This document shows positions 49,554-59,679 of a stretch of DNA of 64,000 bases, piece after piece. The stretch is from NCBI GenBank assembly GCA_963695225.1, contig OY968762.1:192001-256000 (forward strand), in the 5' to 3' direction. Below the pieces are notes generated by a model. The model made no database searches. It worked only from the letters and a program-made list of their open reading frames with translations, and was not told where the DNA came from. Made by a program: the position numbers and the translations under genes. Each line of letters begins with the position of its first letter. Within the stretch, counting starts at the first letter, position 1. The stretch comes from Vulcanimicrobiota bacterium (GTDB taxonomy: Bacteria > Vulcanimicrobiota > Vulcanimicrobiia > Vulcanimicrobiales > Vulcanimicrobiaceae).

Positions 49554-50426
49554 GTGGATAACCCTGCCACGAAGAGAGGTCCTAATGAGGCGCCTTTGGA
49601 CGTAAGTTCCGGCTCGCGGAAGTACGTGATCGCGGGTACTTCCTATACGCGAGAGGAGGTCATCCACCGATACCTGCACTTGGTAAAGTATGTGGCAGGG
49701 CGTATTTCGGTCAACCTCCCGCCGAACGTCGAACTGCAGGATCTGATCAACGACGGCGTCCTCGGCTTGATCGACGCGATCGAAAAATACGATGACGGGC
49801 GCGGCGTCAAGTTCGAGACGTATGCGATCACGCGCATCAACGGTGCGATCATCGATGCGCTCAGGGCGCTCGACTGGGTTCCACGCGCGATCCGGCAGCG
49901 GGCCCGCGAGCTCGAACGCGCCTACCAGGCGCTCGAGACGCAGTTCGGCCGCATGCCGAGCGACGACGAAGTGGCGGAGCACCTCGGCATCTCGCGCAAA
50001 GAGCTCGATTCGCTCGTCCAAAAGATCCGCGGAACGTCCGTGCTCTCGCTCGAGGAGCACCTCCCCAACGAGCGCGGCAGCGACATTCCCTTGCTCGACA
50101 CGCTGCGCGATCTCAGAGTCGACGTCAGTTCTTCGGTCGAAGCGCGCGAAGTGCGGAACATGCTCGCGCACGCGGTCGACGATCTCTCGGAGCAAGAACG
50201 CACCGTCATCAAGCTATATTATTTCGAAGGGCAGACGCTCAAAGAGATCAAGGCGGTCCTCGGGGTCTCCGAATCGCGCGTCTCGCAGATTCACGCTCAG
50301 GCGGTGATCCATCTCCGTTCCAAGTTGCGCGAACTGCGCGTCGATCTCGGCTATCGTGACGGCGATCCGAACGTGAAGCAGAAGTATCTGCGCAAGCCCG
50401 CGCCCAGCGTCGAGAGCGTTCCCTAG
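49554..50426 (+). CDS. fliA: FliA/WhiG family sigma factor
   Basis: GVKFETYA..RI.GAIID.LR.LDWVPR, VSESRVSQIH. Confidence 0.92.
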   Translation: MDNPATKRGPNEAPLDVSSGSRKYVIAGTSYTREEVIHRYLHLVKYVAGRISVNLPPNVELQDLINDGVLGLIDAIEKYDDGRGVKFETYAITRINGAIIDALRALDWVPRAIRQRARELERAYQALETQFGRMPSDDEVAEHLGISRKELDSLVQKIRGTSVLSLEEHLPNERGSDIPLLDTLRDLRVDVSSSVEAREVRNMLAHAVDDLSEQERTVIKLYYFEGQTLKEIKAVLGVSESRVSQIHAQAVIHLRSKLRELRVDLGYRDGDPNVKQKYLRKPAPSVESVP

Positions 50427-50552
50427 AGCGTCGTTCCGCCTCTCCCAGGCGCGTCCCAGATTTCATGCGCGTTTCATGTGCGCCGAGTCGCGCCGCCCTA
50501 CACTGTGGGCGAGGCGCCGATAGCGCGCTGGCTTTGCTTGAAAGGATGCACC

Positions 50553-51632
50553 ATGCGAATCCCTCTCGTGATCGCGCTGTCGAGCGTGGTCGCGCTAGCC
50601 GCGTGCGGCGGCGGCGGTTCCTCGACGCCGTCGACCGCTACCACGCAATCTCTCTCGACGCAAGAGGTCGCGCAGGCCGGCACGGAAGCCGCGCTCAGCC
50701 CGGCCGACTCCGGCGAAACCGACGCGGGTTATTACGATTCGAACTTCGGCGCGAGTTCGCTCGCGCGCGCCGCGGAGAGCCGCGGTACCGCCTCCACCGG
50801 CGCCTGCGCGAACCGGCGCGAAGTCACCGTCACCGTTCCGGGCCCGAACGAGAGACAGGTCGAAGTCAAATTCTTCTACGACGCCGCGTGCACCGTGCTC
50901 GCGCGCGACGTCGTGCAACTCACGACGACGAACGCCGACGGGTCGAAGAGCGCGACGCGCACGGCGACGCAGTACAACGCCGCCGGCTCGGTCATCGCCA
51001 CGCGCAAGTCGACGTATGCCTACACGGGCAGCCTCGGCAACTCGAGCGCGATCGCCACGAGCGCGCTGTACATCGGAACCTCGACCTCGCCGCTGACGCA
51101 ATGGGGCCGCCAGATCACGCTCTCGCCGCAAGGCGCCGACGTCTCGACGCTCTCCGAAAACGGCGGCTGGATCGAAAACGGCGCGTTGCCGAGCCTCAGC
51201 GAGTCGTTCGGCCACCAGGGTCAAGTCGTCGGCGGGACGGCGACGTTCGATGCGGCCGGAGACGTCACGTACGCGGGGACCCGCAACCGGACGTTCTTCA
51301 AAGGGCCGCTGAACACGCTGACGCTCCCGACCGCGCCTCCGTTTGAAATCGGCGGGACCCCTGCGCCGGTCCAGGTCGGGACTTCGACCATGACGGGGAG
51401 CATCACGTTCGATGCGGACGGGCTGCTGACGAACATCGCGCTCAGCGGCACGTTCGTGAACGGGAACTCCGTCACCGTGACGAGCAGCGGCACGCCTCTC
51501 GTGGTCGCCGGGACGATCGTGAATCCGGCCGGCGCGACGGTCGCGACGTTCACGACCGACGCATACGGGAACGGCACGATCCAGTTCGCGAACGGCGTGC
51601 AGCTCCCGATCATCTGCTGGCACGTCGTCTAG
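50553..51632 (+). CDS. Ser/Thr-rich beta-strand lipoprotein, hypothetical
   Basis: Lipobox ALAAC-GGGG; AAGGA RBS. Confidence 0.8.
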   Translation: MRIPLVIALSSVVALAACGGGGSSTPSTATTQSLSTQEVAQAGTEAALSPADSGETDAGYYDSNFGASSLARAAESRGTASTGACANRREVTVTVPGPNERQVEVKFFYDAACTVLARDVVQLTTTNADGSKSATRTATQYNAAGSVIATRKSTYAYTGSLGNSSAIATSALYIGTSTSPLTQWGRQITLSPQGADVSTLSENGGWIENGALPSLSESFGHQGQVVGGTATFDAAGDVTYAGTRNRTFFKGPLNTLTLPTAPPFEIGGTPAPVQVGTSTMTGSITFDADGLLTNIALSGTFVNGNSVTVTSSGTPLVVAGTIVNPAGATVATFTTDAYGNGTIQFANGVQLPIICWHVV

Positions 51633-51667
51633 GAGGCGAGGCGCGAGGAACCGAACCTGCAGCACCC

Positions 51668-52585
51668 GTGGGCTGGCTCGGAAAACTCAAACAGAGTCTC
51701 GGTTTCTCGCGCGAATCGCTGGCGGGCATCGAGCGGCTTGCGATCGCACGCAAGCCGCTCGATGCCGCGTTCTGGGAAGAACTCGAGGAGATACTGCTGC
51801 GCGCCGATTTCGGCGCCCCGACGACGGCGAAGATCGTCGACGGCCTGCGCGAGGTGGCGAGCCAGCAACTCTGGCGGCGCAGCGACGAGGTCGTCGCGCG
51901 CTTCAAGAAGGACGTCGAGGCGTTTCTCACGCTGCCGAACGCGGGGCTGCACCTGGTCTCGAAGCCGTCGGTCGTGCTGGTCGTAGGCGTGAACGGGAGC
52001 GGGAAGACGACGACGATCGGGAAGCTCGCGCACCGCCTGCGCTCCGAACGCAAGCGCGTGATGGTCGTCGCGGCCGACACGTTTCGCGCCGCCGCCGCCG
52101 AGCAACTCGCGGTCTGGGCCGAACGCAGCGGCTGCGAGTTCATCCGGGGCCGCGAGGGGGCCGACCCCGCCTCCGTGGTCTTCGACGGCGTCGCGGCGGC
52201 GAAGGCGCGCGGCGTCGACGTCGTGTTGATCGATACGGCGGGCCGGCTGCAGACCAAAGTCAACCTGATGGAAGAGCTCAAGAAGATGCGGCGGGTGATC
52301 GAGCGCGAGACGGGCGGCCCGCCCGACGAGACGCTGCTCGTGGTCGACGGCACGACCGGCCAGAACGCGATCTCGCAGGCCCGGCTCTTCAACGAGGCGA
52401 CGAAGCTGACGGGCGTCGTGGTCACGAAGCTGGACTCGACGGCGAAGGGTGGCGTCCTCGTGGCGATCGTCGATACGCTCGTCGTCCCGATCAAGTTCAT
52501 CGGCCTCGGCGAGTCGATCGAGGCGTTGCGCCCGTTCGACCCGCGGGCGTTCATCGACGCCTTGTTCGAAGCGTCGCCGGGCTGA
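51668..52585 (+). CDS. ftsY: SRP receptor FtsY
   Basis: GVNGSGKTTT, DTFRAAA, DTAGR, TKLDSTAKGG. Confidence 0.97.
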   Translation: MGWLGKLKQSLGFSRESLAGIERLAIARKPLDAAFWEELEEILLRADFGAPTTAKIVDGLREVASQQLWRRSDEVVARFKKDVEAFLTLPNAGLHLVSKPSVVLVVGVNGSGKTTTIGKLAHRLRSERKRVMVVAADTFRAAAAEQLAVWAERSGCEFIRGREGADPASVVFDGVAAAKARGVDVVLIDTAGRLQTKVNLMEELKKMRRVIERETGGPPDETLLVVDGTTGQNAISQARLFNEATKLTGVVVTKLDSTAKGGVLVAIVDTLVVPIKFIGLGESIEALRPFDPRAFIDALFEASPG

Positions 52586-52587
52586 AT

Positions 52588-52601
52588 CGAACAGGAGTTC
52601 G
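52588..52601. promoter_or_regulatory. LexA (SOS) box, GAAC-N4-GTTC type
   Basis: CGAACAGGAGTTCG upstream of recA, within the longer palindrome GAATCGAAC-AGGA-GTTCGATTC. Confidence 0.8.
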
Positions 52602-52760
52602 ATTCGATGGGAAGAAGGTTCTCCGCAATCGGGCGGACCTGAGCCTTTCGATTCTGCGCCGAGGCGTGATCGATGAGCGACGGAGCGGTAAAGTGCCACA
52701 CAGCCGGCACAGCAACCCGCGATACTCCGTTCAGCAGCAGCAGAGAGGATCACCGGCACC

Positions 52761-53816
52761 GTGGCAAACGACGATCGTACCGTTGCCTTGAACAATGCCC
52801 TCGCCCAGATCGAGCGCCAATTCGGCAAGGGCTCCATCATGAAGATGGGCGATTTCTCGGAGAGGATGGCGATCGACGTCGTCTCGACGGGCTCGATCGC
52901 GCTCGACCTCGCGCTCGGCGTAGGCGGCTTGCCGCGCGGCCGCGTCGTCGAGATCTACGGACCGGAATCGAGCGGTAAGACGACGCTCGCGCTCCACGTG
53001 ATCGCCGAGGCACAGAAGGGCGGCGGGACGGCGGCGTTCGTCGACGTCGAGCACGCGCTCGATCCGACGTACGCCTCGGCGCTCGGCGTCGACCTCGACA
53101 GCCTTCTGGTCTCTCAGCCGGATACGGGGGAACAGGCGCTCGACATCGCCGAGATGCTCGTCCGCTCGAACGCGGTCGACGTCGTCGTGGTCGACTCGGT
53201 CGCCGCGCTCGTCACGAAGGCCGAACTCGAGGGCGACATGGGCGATACGCACGTGGGTCTGCAGGCGCGCTTGATGTCGCAGGCGCTGCGCAAGCTCACG
53301 TCCGCGATCTCGCGCTCGAAGTGCGTGATGATCTTCATCAACCAATTGCGCGAGAAGGTCGGCGTGATGTTCGGCAATCCCGAGACGACCTCGGGCGGCC
53401 GCGCGCTGAAATTCTACGCCTCGGTCCGTCTCGACGTGCGTAAACTCGAGCAGATCAAGATCGGCCAGGACGTCGTCGGCACGCGGACGCGCGTCAAGGT
53501 CGTCAAGAACAAGGTCGCGCCGCCGTTCCGGCAAGCCGAGTTCGATATCACGTACGGCCGCGGCATCTCGAAGATGGGCTCGGTGCTCGACGTCGCGCTC
53601 GAGCGGAACATCGTCGGGAAGAGCGGCTCGTGGTACACCTACGGCGACGTGCGGATCGGCCAGGGCCGCGAGAACGCGAAAGCCTACTTGGAAGAGCACG
53701 GCGATACGGCGGCCGAGATCGAGACGAAGATCCGCGAGGTCCTCAAGGGGACGGTCTCGACGAACGGAGCGGCGGCGGCGCACGCGGGAATGCGCGGAGT
53801 CTCGAACGACGACTGA
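52761..53816 (+). CDS. recA: Recombinase RecA
   Basis: [33 protein letters not shown]. Confidence 0.99.
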   Translation: MANDDRTVALNNALAQIERQFGKGSIMKMGDFSERMAIDVVSTGSIALDLALGVGGLPRGRVVEIYGPESSGKTTLALHVIAEAQKGGGTAAFVDVEHALDPTYASALGVDLDSLLVSQPDTGEQALDIAEMLVRSNAVDVVVVDSVAALVTKAELEGDMGDTHVGLQARLMSQALRKLTSAISRSKCVMIFINQLREKVGVMFGNPETTSGGRALKFYASVRLDVRKLEQIKIGQDVVGTRTRVKVVKNKVAPPFRQAEFDITYGRGISKMGSVLDVALERNIVGKSGSWYTYGDVRIGQGRENAKAYLEEHGDTAAEIETKIREVLKGTVSTNGAAAAHAGMRGVSNDD

Positions 53817-53850
53817 ACGCAAGCCCGGCGCCCGGGCGCGCGTCTCGGCC

Positions 53851-54333
53851 TTGCGCATGCTCGCGGCCCGGCGGATGAGCGAAGCCGCGCTCTACGAACG
53901 CCTGCTGCAGAAGGGGTACCGCGATGAGGAGGTGCGCGACGCGGTCGCCTTCTGCAAAGAGGAACGATACGTCGACGACGCGCTGTTCGCGCGCCTCTAC
54001 GTCGAGGGGACGCGCAGGGCGGTCGGCGACGTCCGGCTCGTCGGCGAACTCGTCCGGCGCGGCATCGATCGCGAGACTGCTCGCAGCGCGGTGGCCGCGG
54101 CCGAGGCGGACGAAGACGCGCGCCTCGGCGCGGCGCTCGAACGGCTGATCCGCACGCGGCCGCGCATGAGCTATCCGAGCGCCGCCCGGACGCTCGAACG
54201 CCTCGGGTTCCCGGCCGCGCGCATCTATCGCCGGTTGCGCGAGGCGGCCGCACTTGGAAACGTCTTCGAGGGTATCGGCGGGCAGGCGAATGTGCCGTCC
54301 GAGGCCGCACTCGAAGGCACGCTAACCGGGTGA
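53851..54333 (+). CDS. recX: Regulatory protein RecX
   Basis: Follows recA; YVDDALFA, ELVRRGI, LERLGF. Confidence 0.85.
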   Translation: MRMLAARRMSEAALYERLLQKGYRDEEVRDAVAFCKEERYVDDALFARLYVEGTRRAVGDVRLVGELVRRGIDRETARSAVAAAEADEDARLGAALERLIRTRPRMSYPSAARTLERLGFPAARIYRRLREAAALGNVFEGIGGQANVPSEAALEGTLTG

Positions 54334-54408
54334 GCGCAGCAGGAGTCCTGCCTGCACGACCGGGCTAGCGCCCTAGGAATCGTCCGCGGGCGCCCCGTAC
54401 CACCGGGC

Positions 54409-55710
54409 ATGCGCGCCCTGATCGCGATAGTATTGATCGCGACCCTTTGTTGCGGTACGAAGCCGGCCGCAGCCGTCGAACTCGAAGGGATAGCCCGCAC
54501 GGCGTCTTCGTATCATAACGCCAACCCGAAGCTCGAGGCGATGTTCCGAGCCGCGCTGCTGAACACGAGCGAGCAGGCGACCATCGCCGCGGACGGGACC
54601 GCCTACGTGAAGACGGGGGACATCCCCGCCGAATGGCTGCGCGACGCGAGCGCCCAGGTCCGCCCGTATCTGTTCTTCGCGAAATCCGATCCGCAAGTCG
54701 CCTCGCTGTTGCGTGGGATCATCGCGCGCATGGGCAAGTACCTGCAGGTCGATCCGTACGCGAACGCTTTCACCGTCGATTACCGCGTCTGGGAGCAGAA
54801 GTTCGAACTCGACTCGCTCGCGTATCCGATCATCCTCGCCTGGACGTATTGGAAGACGACGGGGGACGCCTCGATCTTCACGGGCGACCTCTCGCTCGGC
54901 CTCGACCGCGCGCTCGAAACCATGGAGCGCGAACAAGACCACCCGCGCAATTCGAAGTACTCCCACCGCGAACTGAAGGACGGGAAGGGCCGCCCCGTCG
55001 CCTATACGGGGATGATCTGGTCGGGGTTCCGCCCCTCGGACGACGCCTGCCAGTACAACTACTTGATCCCCTCGGAGATGATGGCCGTCATCGCGCTCGG
55101 CGAGCTCGAGGAGATCGAGCGGGACGTCTACCGGAATCTGATCAAGTCGAACCGGGCGAAGACGCTGCGCACCGAGGTGCAGACGGGCATCCAGACCTAC
55201 GGCGAAGTCTTCACGCCCAACTATGGGTACATCTATGCGTACGAGGTGGACGGCCTTGGGAACGCGGTGACGATGGACGACGCGAACATCCCGAGCCTGC
55301 TCTCGGCGCCCTACCTCGGGTACGGGCGCATCGACAGCTTCGTCTACAAGAACACGCGCAAGTTCCTACTCTCCAAAGATAACCCGTATTTCTACGCCGG
55401 GCAGGTCGCGCGCGGCATCGGCAGCGCGCACACGAACGACGGCTACGTATGGCCGCTCGCGCTCTTGATGCAGGGATTCACCGCGAGCGGCGACGCGGAG
55501 CGGCGCGACGTCCTCAACCAACTGCTCGCGAGCGATCCCGGCGACCACTTGCTGCACGAGTCGTTCGACCCGAACGATCCGCAGAAGTTCTCGCGCAAGG
55601 ATTTCGGCTGGCCGAATGCGCTGTTCAGCGAATACGTGTTGACCGCGATCAACGGGATGCAACCGCTCCCGACGAACAGCACGGCCGATCTCGAGTTCCG
55701 CGGCGACTGA
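54409..55710 (+). CDS. GH125 family alpha-mannosidase
   Basis: TGDIPAEWLRD, DPYANAF, KFELDS, GFRPSDD, MDDANIPSLL, WPNALF. Confidence 0.92.
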   Translation: MRALIAIVLIATLCCGTKPAAAVELEGIARTASSYHNANPKLEAMFRAALLNTSEQATIAADGTAYVKTGDIPAEWLRDASAQVRPYLFFAKSDPQVASLLRGIIARMGKYLQVDPYANAFTVDYRVWEQKFELDSLAYPIILAWTYWKTTGDASIFTGDLSLGLDRALETMEREQDHPRNSKYSHRELKDGKGRPVAYTGMIWSGFRPSDDACQYNYLIPSEMMAVIALGELEEIERDVYRNLIKSNRAKTLRTEVQTGIQTYGEVFTPNYGYIYAYEVDGLGNAVTMDDANIPSLLSAPYLGYGRIDSFVYKNTRKFLLSKDNPYFYAGQVARGIGSAHTNDGYVWPLALLMQGFTASGDAERRDVLNQLLASDPGDHLLHESFDPNDPQKFSRKDFGWPNALFSEYVLTAINGMQPLPTNSTADLEFRGD

Positions 55711-55759
55711 TCCCGGCATGGCGCGGGGGGCGCGCCGCGGGCCGCAGAACCGTCGCTAG

Positions 55760-57049
55760 ATGATCGAGAACGAGCAGAGTCCGTCGCGCCCCCGACCCGG
55801 CGCCGATTTGGTCCTCGGGATCCAGTGGGGCGACGAAGGGAAGGGCCGCATCGTCGACTATCTCTCGCGCGACTACGATCTCGTCGCGCGCTTCGGCGGC
55901 GGCGACAACGCCGGCCATACGCTCGTCGTCGGCGACCGGAAGCTGGCGCTCCGGATCGTCCCGAGCGGCGTGCTCTACGAGCGGCCGGAACTGTTCATCG
56001 GCGGCGGAACCGTCATCAGCCTCGACGGTTTGTGCGCGGAACTCGACATGCTCGCCGGGATCGGCGTCGATACGAACCGGGTCAAGATCTCGGATCGGGC
56101 GCATATCGTCTTCCCGTACCATGCAGCGCTCGATCGGGCGAACGAACTTGCGCGCGGGGACGGCGCGATCGGGACGACCGGACGCGGGATCGGGCCGGCG
56201 TATGCAGACAAGGTGGGGCGGAACGGCATCACGTTTCGCGACCTGCGGCGTCCGGAGGCGTTGGCGAACAAGATCCGCCGCAATCTGCTCGGGCGGTCGA
56301 CGCTGTTCGGAGAGGGCGGCACGACGATGCGCGAGGAGGACCTGATCGGGCAAACGCTCGACTATGCGAAGCGCGTCCTGCCGCACGTCGTGGACGGCGT
56401 CTCGTTTCTCCACGGCTACCTCGAATCGGGGAAGCGCGTCTTGATCGAGGGCGCACAGGGGACGCTTCTGGACATCGGCTACGGGACGTATCCGTACGTG
56501 ACGAGCTCGCACACGATCGCGGGCGGGGCGTGCACGGGCCTGGGCATCGGGCCGACGCAAATCGGCCGCGTTCGCGGGATCGCGAAGGCGTATTGCACGC
56601 GCGTCGGGGCAGGGCCGTTTCCAAGCGAGCTGTTCGACGAAACGGCGGAACTGCTGCGCGAGCGCGGCGGCGAATTCGGGACCGTCACCGGCCGGCCGCG
56701 GCGATGCGGCTGGTTCGATGCGGTTGCCGGACGTTACGCCGTCCGCCTGAACGGGCTCTCCGACCTCATGGTGACGAAGCTCGACGTCTTGAGCGGGTTC
56801 GAGCGGGTCGGCATCGTGACGGGATATCGCTCAGCGCTCGTTCAGGTCGGCTTCGAGGCGTACCTCGACAGCGGGCTCGAAACGCTCGTCGAGTGGCACC
56901 CCGGCTGGGAAGAGGACATCACCCAGGTCCGCCGGGTTTCGGATCTGCCGGCGAACGCGCTCAGGTACATCGAACGCATTTCGGAACTGCTCGGCGTCCC
57001 GGTCAGCGCCGTCTCGGTCGGGCCGGAGCGCACCGCACTTGCGGTATGA
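55760..57049 (+). CDS. purA: Adenylosuccinate synthase
   Basis: QWGDEGKG, NAGHT, EGAQG, TGRPRRCGW. Confidence 0.98.
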   Translation: MIENEQSPSRPRPGADLVLGIQWGDEGKGRIVDYLSRDYDLVARFGGGDNAGHTLVVGDRKLALRIVPSGVLYERPELFIGGGTVISLDGLCAELDMLAGIGVDTNRVKISDRAHIVFPYHAALDRANELARGDGAIGTTGRGIGPAYADKVGRNGITFRDLRRPEALANKIRRNLLGRSTLFGEGGTTMREEDLIGQTLDYAKRVLPHVVDGVSFLHGYLESGKRVLIEGAQGTLLDIGYGTYPYVTSSHTIAGGACTGLGIGPTQIGRVRGIAKAYCTRVGAGPFPSELFDETAELLRERGGEFGTVTGRPRRCGWFDAVAGRYAVRLNGLSDLMVTKLDVLSGFERVGIVTGYRSALVQVGFEAYLDSGLETLVEWHPGWEEDITQVRRVSDLPANALRYIERISELLGVPVSAVSVGPERTALAV

Positions 57050-57123
57050 CGGGGGCGCTCCGGGCGCATGACGGCGCCTTAGGGGGCTAGCGGAGCGCCG
57101 TTCGCGCGCGATGAGTGGCGTGC

Positions 57124-57579
57124 ATGGCACGCTTCGTCTTCCGTTTGCAATCCGCGCTCGAGGCAGCCGTCCGCGCCGAGCGCTCGGCACGCGCGACCTG
57201 GCTGCGCGCCGAAGCCGCGCTCGGCGCGGCGCGCGCCGGGTACCGCTCGCTCGCCGGCCGCCTCGCAGCCGAGCGGCTTTCGCTGCAGCGAGGGACGGTC
57301 GTGCGGGCCGGGCCGCTCGCCCTCGCCGAGGCTCGCCGTTCGGCGCTCGAGGGCGCGCGAGACCGGGCCGGCGCCGCGCTCGCCGGCGAGGCGCGCGATT
57401 CCGCGCTGTTGCGGGCGCGCTTCGAAGCGTGCGTTCGCAAGCGCCTCGCGCTCGAGCGGTTGCGCGAGCGCGAGGCCTCCCTCCACCGCCGGTCGGTAGA
57501 GCGCGCACTCGCCCGGGAACTGGCTGAGTCGAACGACCGGACGGCGCGGCTTCGGCCGCGTGGGCTCCGGCTCGGGTAG
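57124..57579 (+). CDS. fliJ: FliJ-like flagellar export protein
   Basis: MARFVFRLQSAL N-terminus, coiled coil, RLALERLRER...RELAE. Confidence 0.65.
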   Translation: MARFVFRLQSALEAAVRAERSARATWLRAEAALGAARAGYRSLAGRLAAERLSLQRGTVVRAGPLALAEARRSALEGARDRAGAALAGEARDSALLRARFEACVRKRLALERLREREASLHRRSVERALARELAESNDRTARLRPRGLRLG

Positions 57580-57585
57580 CGTGGC

Positions 57586-57912
57586 GTGGATCCTTGGCTG
57601 GTCCCCCGGCTCGCCGGCGCGCTCGCCCTGATCGGCGCGCTGCTCTTCGGGCTGCGCGGGGCGATCCGCAGCGTGCTTTCGGTGCGCTTCGGCACGCGCC
57701 CGCGCGGGCGCGCCCTGCGCATCGTCGATTCGCTCGCGCTCGGCTCCGGGAGCGCCCTCCACGTCATCGACGCCGCGGGCCGCCGGGTATTGATCGGGGC
57801 AACTCAAACGCACGTCTCGTTCCTGGCGGAACTGGGGGGCCGGGCCCCGCCGCCGACTGAGGGGATCGATCCCCGTGGCGCGAAACTCGCGACCGATGTC
57901 GGACGAGATTAA
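57586..57912 (+). CDS. fliO: FliO/FliZ-like flagellar biosynthesis protein
   Basis: N-terminal TM, LRIVDSLALG...VLIGAT...FLAEL. Confidence 0.75.
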   Translation: MDPWLVPRLAGALALIGALLFGLRGAIRSVLSVRFGTRPRGRALRIVDSLALGSGSALHVIDAAGRRVLIGATQTHVSFLAELGGRAPPPTEGIDPRGAKLATDVGRD

Positions 57913-58150
57913 AGAAGAAGTCCCCGCCGAAGAAGTCCCCGCCGAACCGGGTAGCGGTAACGGCGCCTCCGGGCGCGCGATCGGGATCGCAGTCGTCGCG
58001 GTCGCCGCGGCGGCAGCGGCATTCTATTTCGTGCGCAGGGCGCTGTCCAAAGCCGAACCGGCCGCCGATCCAACGGCGGCACGCATCCAAGCGTTGATGG
58101 ACGAAGCGAATCGCCTCCTCAAAGAGCTGGATGCCAAGAAACTCGGCTAG
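57896..58150 (+). CDS. Small single-TM protein
   Basis: Acidic N-terminus, TM, amphipathic C-terminal helix. Confidence 0.65.
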   Translation: MSDEIKEEVPAEEVPAEPGSGNGASGRAIGIAVVAVAAAAAAFYFVRRALSKAEPAADPTAARIQALMDEANRLLKELDAKKLG

Positions 58151-58270
58151 CGGCATGGATGCCGCTGTGCCGCGCGCGCAGGATGCGCAATCAGCGCGGC
58201 CTAGCGGCATGGATGCCGCTGTGCCGCGCGCGCAGGATGCGCAATCAGCGCGGCCTAGCGGCATGGATGC
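58147..58270. repeat. 54-bp perfect tandem repeat x2.3
   Basis: CTAGCGGCATGGATGCCGCTGTGCCGCGCGCGCAGGATGCGCAATCAGCGCGGC at 58147 and 58201, partial at 58255. Confidence 0.95.
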
Positions 58271-59627
58271 GGCGGCGGCGGAGCGCGATGCGCCGGCGAT
58301 TCGGCTCATGGGACTGTATGAGACGGCGTTCACCGATTTGCTTTCGAACGGGCAAGCGGTCGGGCGCGTCGGGGCGATGGTCGCGTTCGTCGACGGGCCG
58401 CTCCCCGGGGAGCGCGCGCGCATCCGGATCACGCAGATCAAGCCGAAGTACGCCGTCGGGGAACTCGTCGAGCTTCTCGAGCGCTCGCCCGAGCGCGTCG
58501 AGCCGTTTTGTCCCGTTTTCGGGACGTGCGGCGGATGTCAGGTCCAGCACCTCGGCTACGCGGGGCAACTCGCCTGGAAGACGCGGATCGTTCGCGAGGC
58601 GTTGCAACGCATCGGAGGAATCGCGGAGCCGCCCGTCTTGCCTGCGATCGGAATGGACCGGCCGCGTGCGTACCGCAACAAGATGGCGCTCGTCGCGAAG
58701 GGCGGATCGTTCGGTTTCTACAAGGCGCGTTCGCACGATCTGGTGCCGATCCGCGAGTGTCCGATCGTCCTCGATTCGCTCGACGAACAGATCGCGAACC
58801 TCTGGCGCGCTCGCGAGAATCCCGCGACGGCGCCTGCGTTGCGCGACGTCCGGCACGTGATCGCGCGCGCGGCGATCGCGACCGGCGACGTCGTCGTTTC
58901 GTTCACGACCGATCGCGGCTCGCCCGCACTCGGCCTCGCCGCGAAGGCCCTCGCTGCCGCATTCCCGCAGGCGGTAGGGATCTCGAACTCTTTTGATCCG
59001 CCGAGCACGAACGCCGTGATGGGCCGCAGCCACCGCACGCTCTCGGGGCGCGCGGATATCGCCGAAGCCATCGAGGGCGTGAGCTTCCGCGTTTCGCCGG
59101 CATCGTTCTTTCAAGTGAACTCGGCGATGGTTCGCAAGATCTTCGGGTATCTGCGCGAGCGCGTCGCGCTGCCGAAGAAGATCCTCGATCTCTACTGTGG
59201 GGCGGGGACGTTCACGCTCTTCTTCGCGAAAGGGGGCGCGGCGGTCGTCGGCGTCGAGGAGAATCCGCACGCGATCCGCGAGGCGCGGGAGAACGCGGCG
59301 CTCAACGCGGTCGAAGCGAACGCAAGCTTTCTCGCGGGCCGCGTCGATACGGTTCTCGGGGCGGGGCCGGGGCGCGCGGCGCTCGAGGCGGCCGACATCG
59401 TCTTCCTGGATCCGCCGCGCAAGGGGAGCGACGAAGCGACGCTCGCGCTGCTCGCGCGAGCGCGCGTCCCGGAGATCTGGTATCTCTCGTGCAACCCCGC
59501 CACGCTCGCGCGCGATCTCGCGCAACTCGCGGCCGCCGGATACATCGTCGAGAGCGTCCAGCCGTTCGACATGTTCCCGCAGACGGGCCACATCGAGGCA
59601 CTGGCCGTGGCGAAGATGAGCGGATAG
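58155..59627 (+). CDS. rlmD: 23S rRNA (uracil-C5)-methyltransferase RlmD
   Basis: TRAM domain, C..FGTCGGC, YRNK, SFFQVN, DLYCGAG, DPPRKG, SCNP, DMFPQTGHIE; start uncertain because of the repeat. Confidence 0.93.
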   Translation: MDAAVPRAQDAQSARPSGMDAAVPRAQDAQSARPSGMDAAAAERDAPAIRLMGLYETAFTDLLSNGQAVGRVGAMVAFVDGPLPGERARIRITQIKPKYAVGELVELLERSPERVEPFCPVFGTCGGCQVQHLGYAGQLAWKTRIVREALQRIGGIAEPPVLPAIGMDRPRAYRNKMALVAKGGSFGFYKARSHDLVPIRECPIVLDSLDEQIANLWRARENPATAPALRDVRHVIARAAIATGDVVVSFTTDRGSPALGLAAKALAAAFPQAVGISNSFDPPSTNAVMGRSHRTLSGRADIAEAIEGVSFRVSPASFFQVNSAMVRKIFGYLRERVALPKKILDLYCGAGTFTLFFAKGGAAVVGVEENPHAIREARENAALNAVEANASFLAGRVDTVLGAGPGRAALEAADIVFLDPPRKGSDEATLALLARARVPEIWYLSCNPATLARDLAQLAAAGYIVESVQPFDMFPQTGHIEALAVAKMSG

Positions 59628-59679
59628 GCGAGGGCGCGAAACCGCTCGAGCATGTCGTTGCATACGGGAAAGGCCGGTT

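Noticed and set aside
58147..58270. CRISPR array
   Set aside because: Units are contiguous identical 54-mers with no unique spacers and no cas genes
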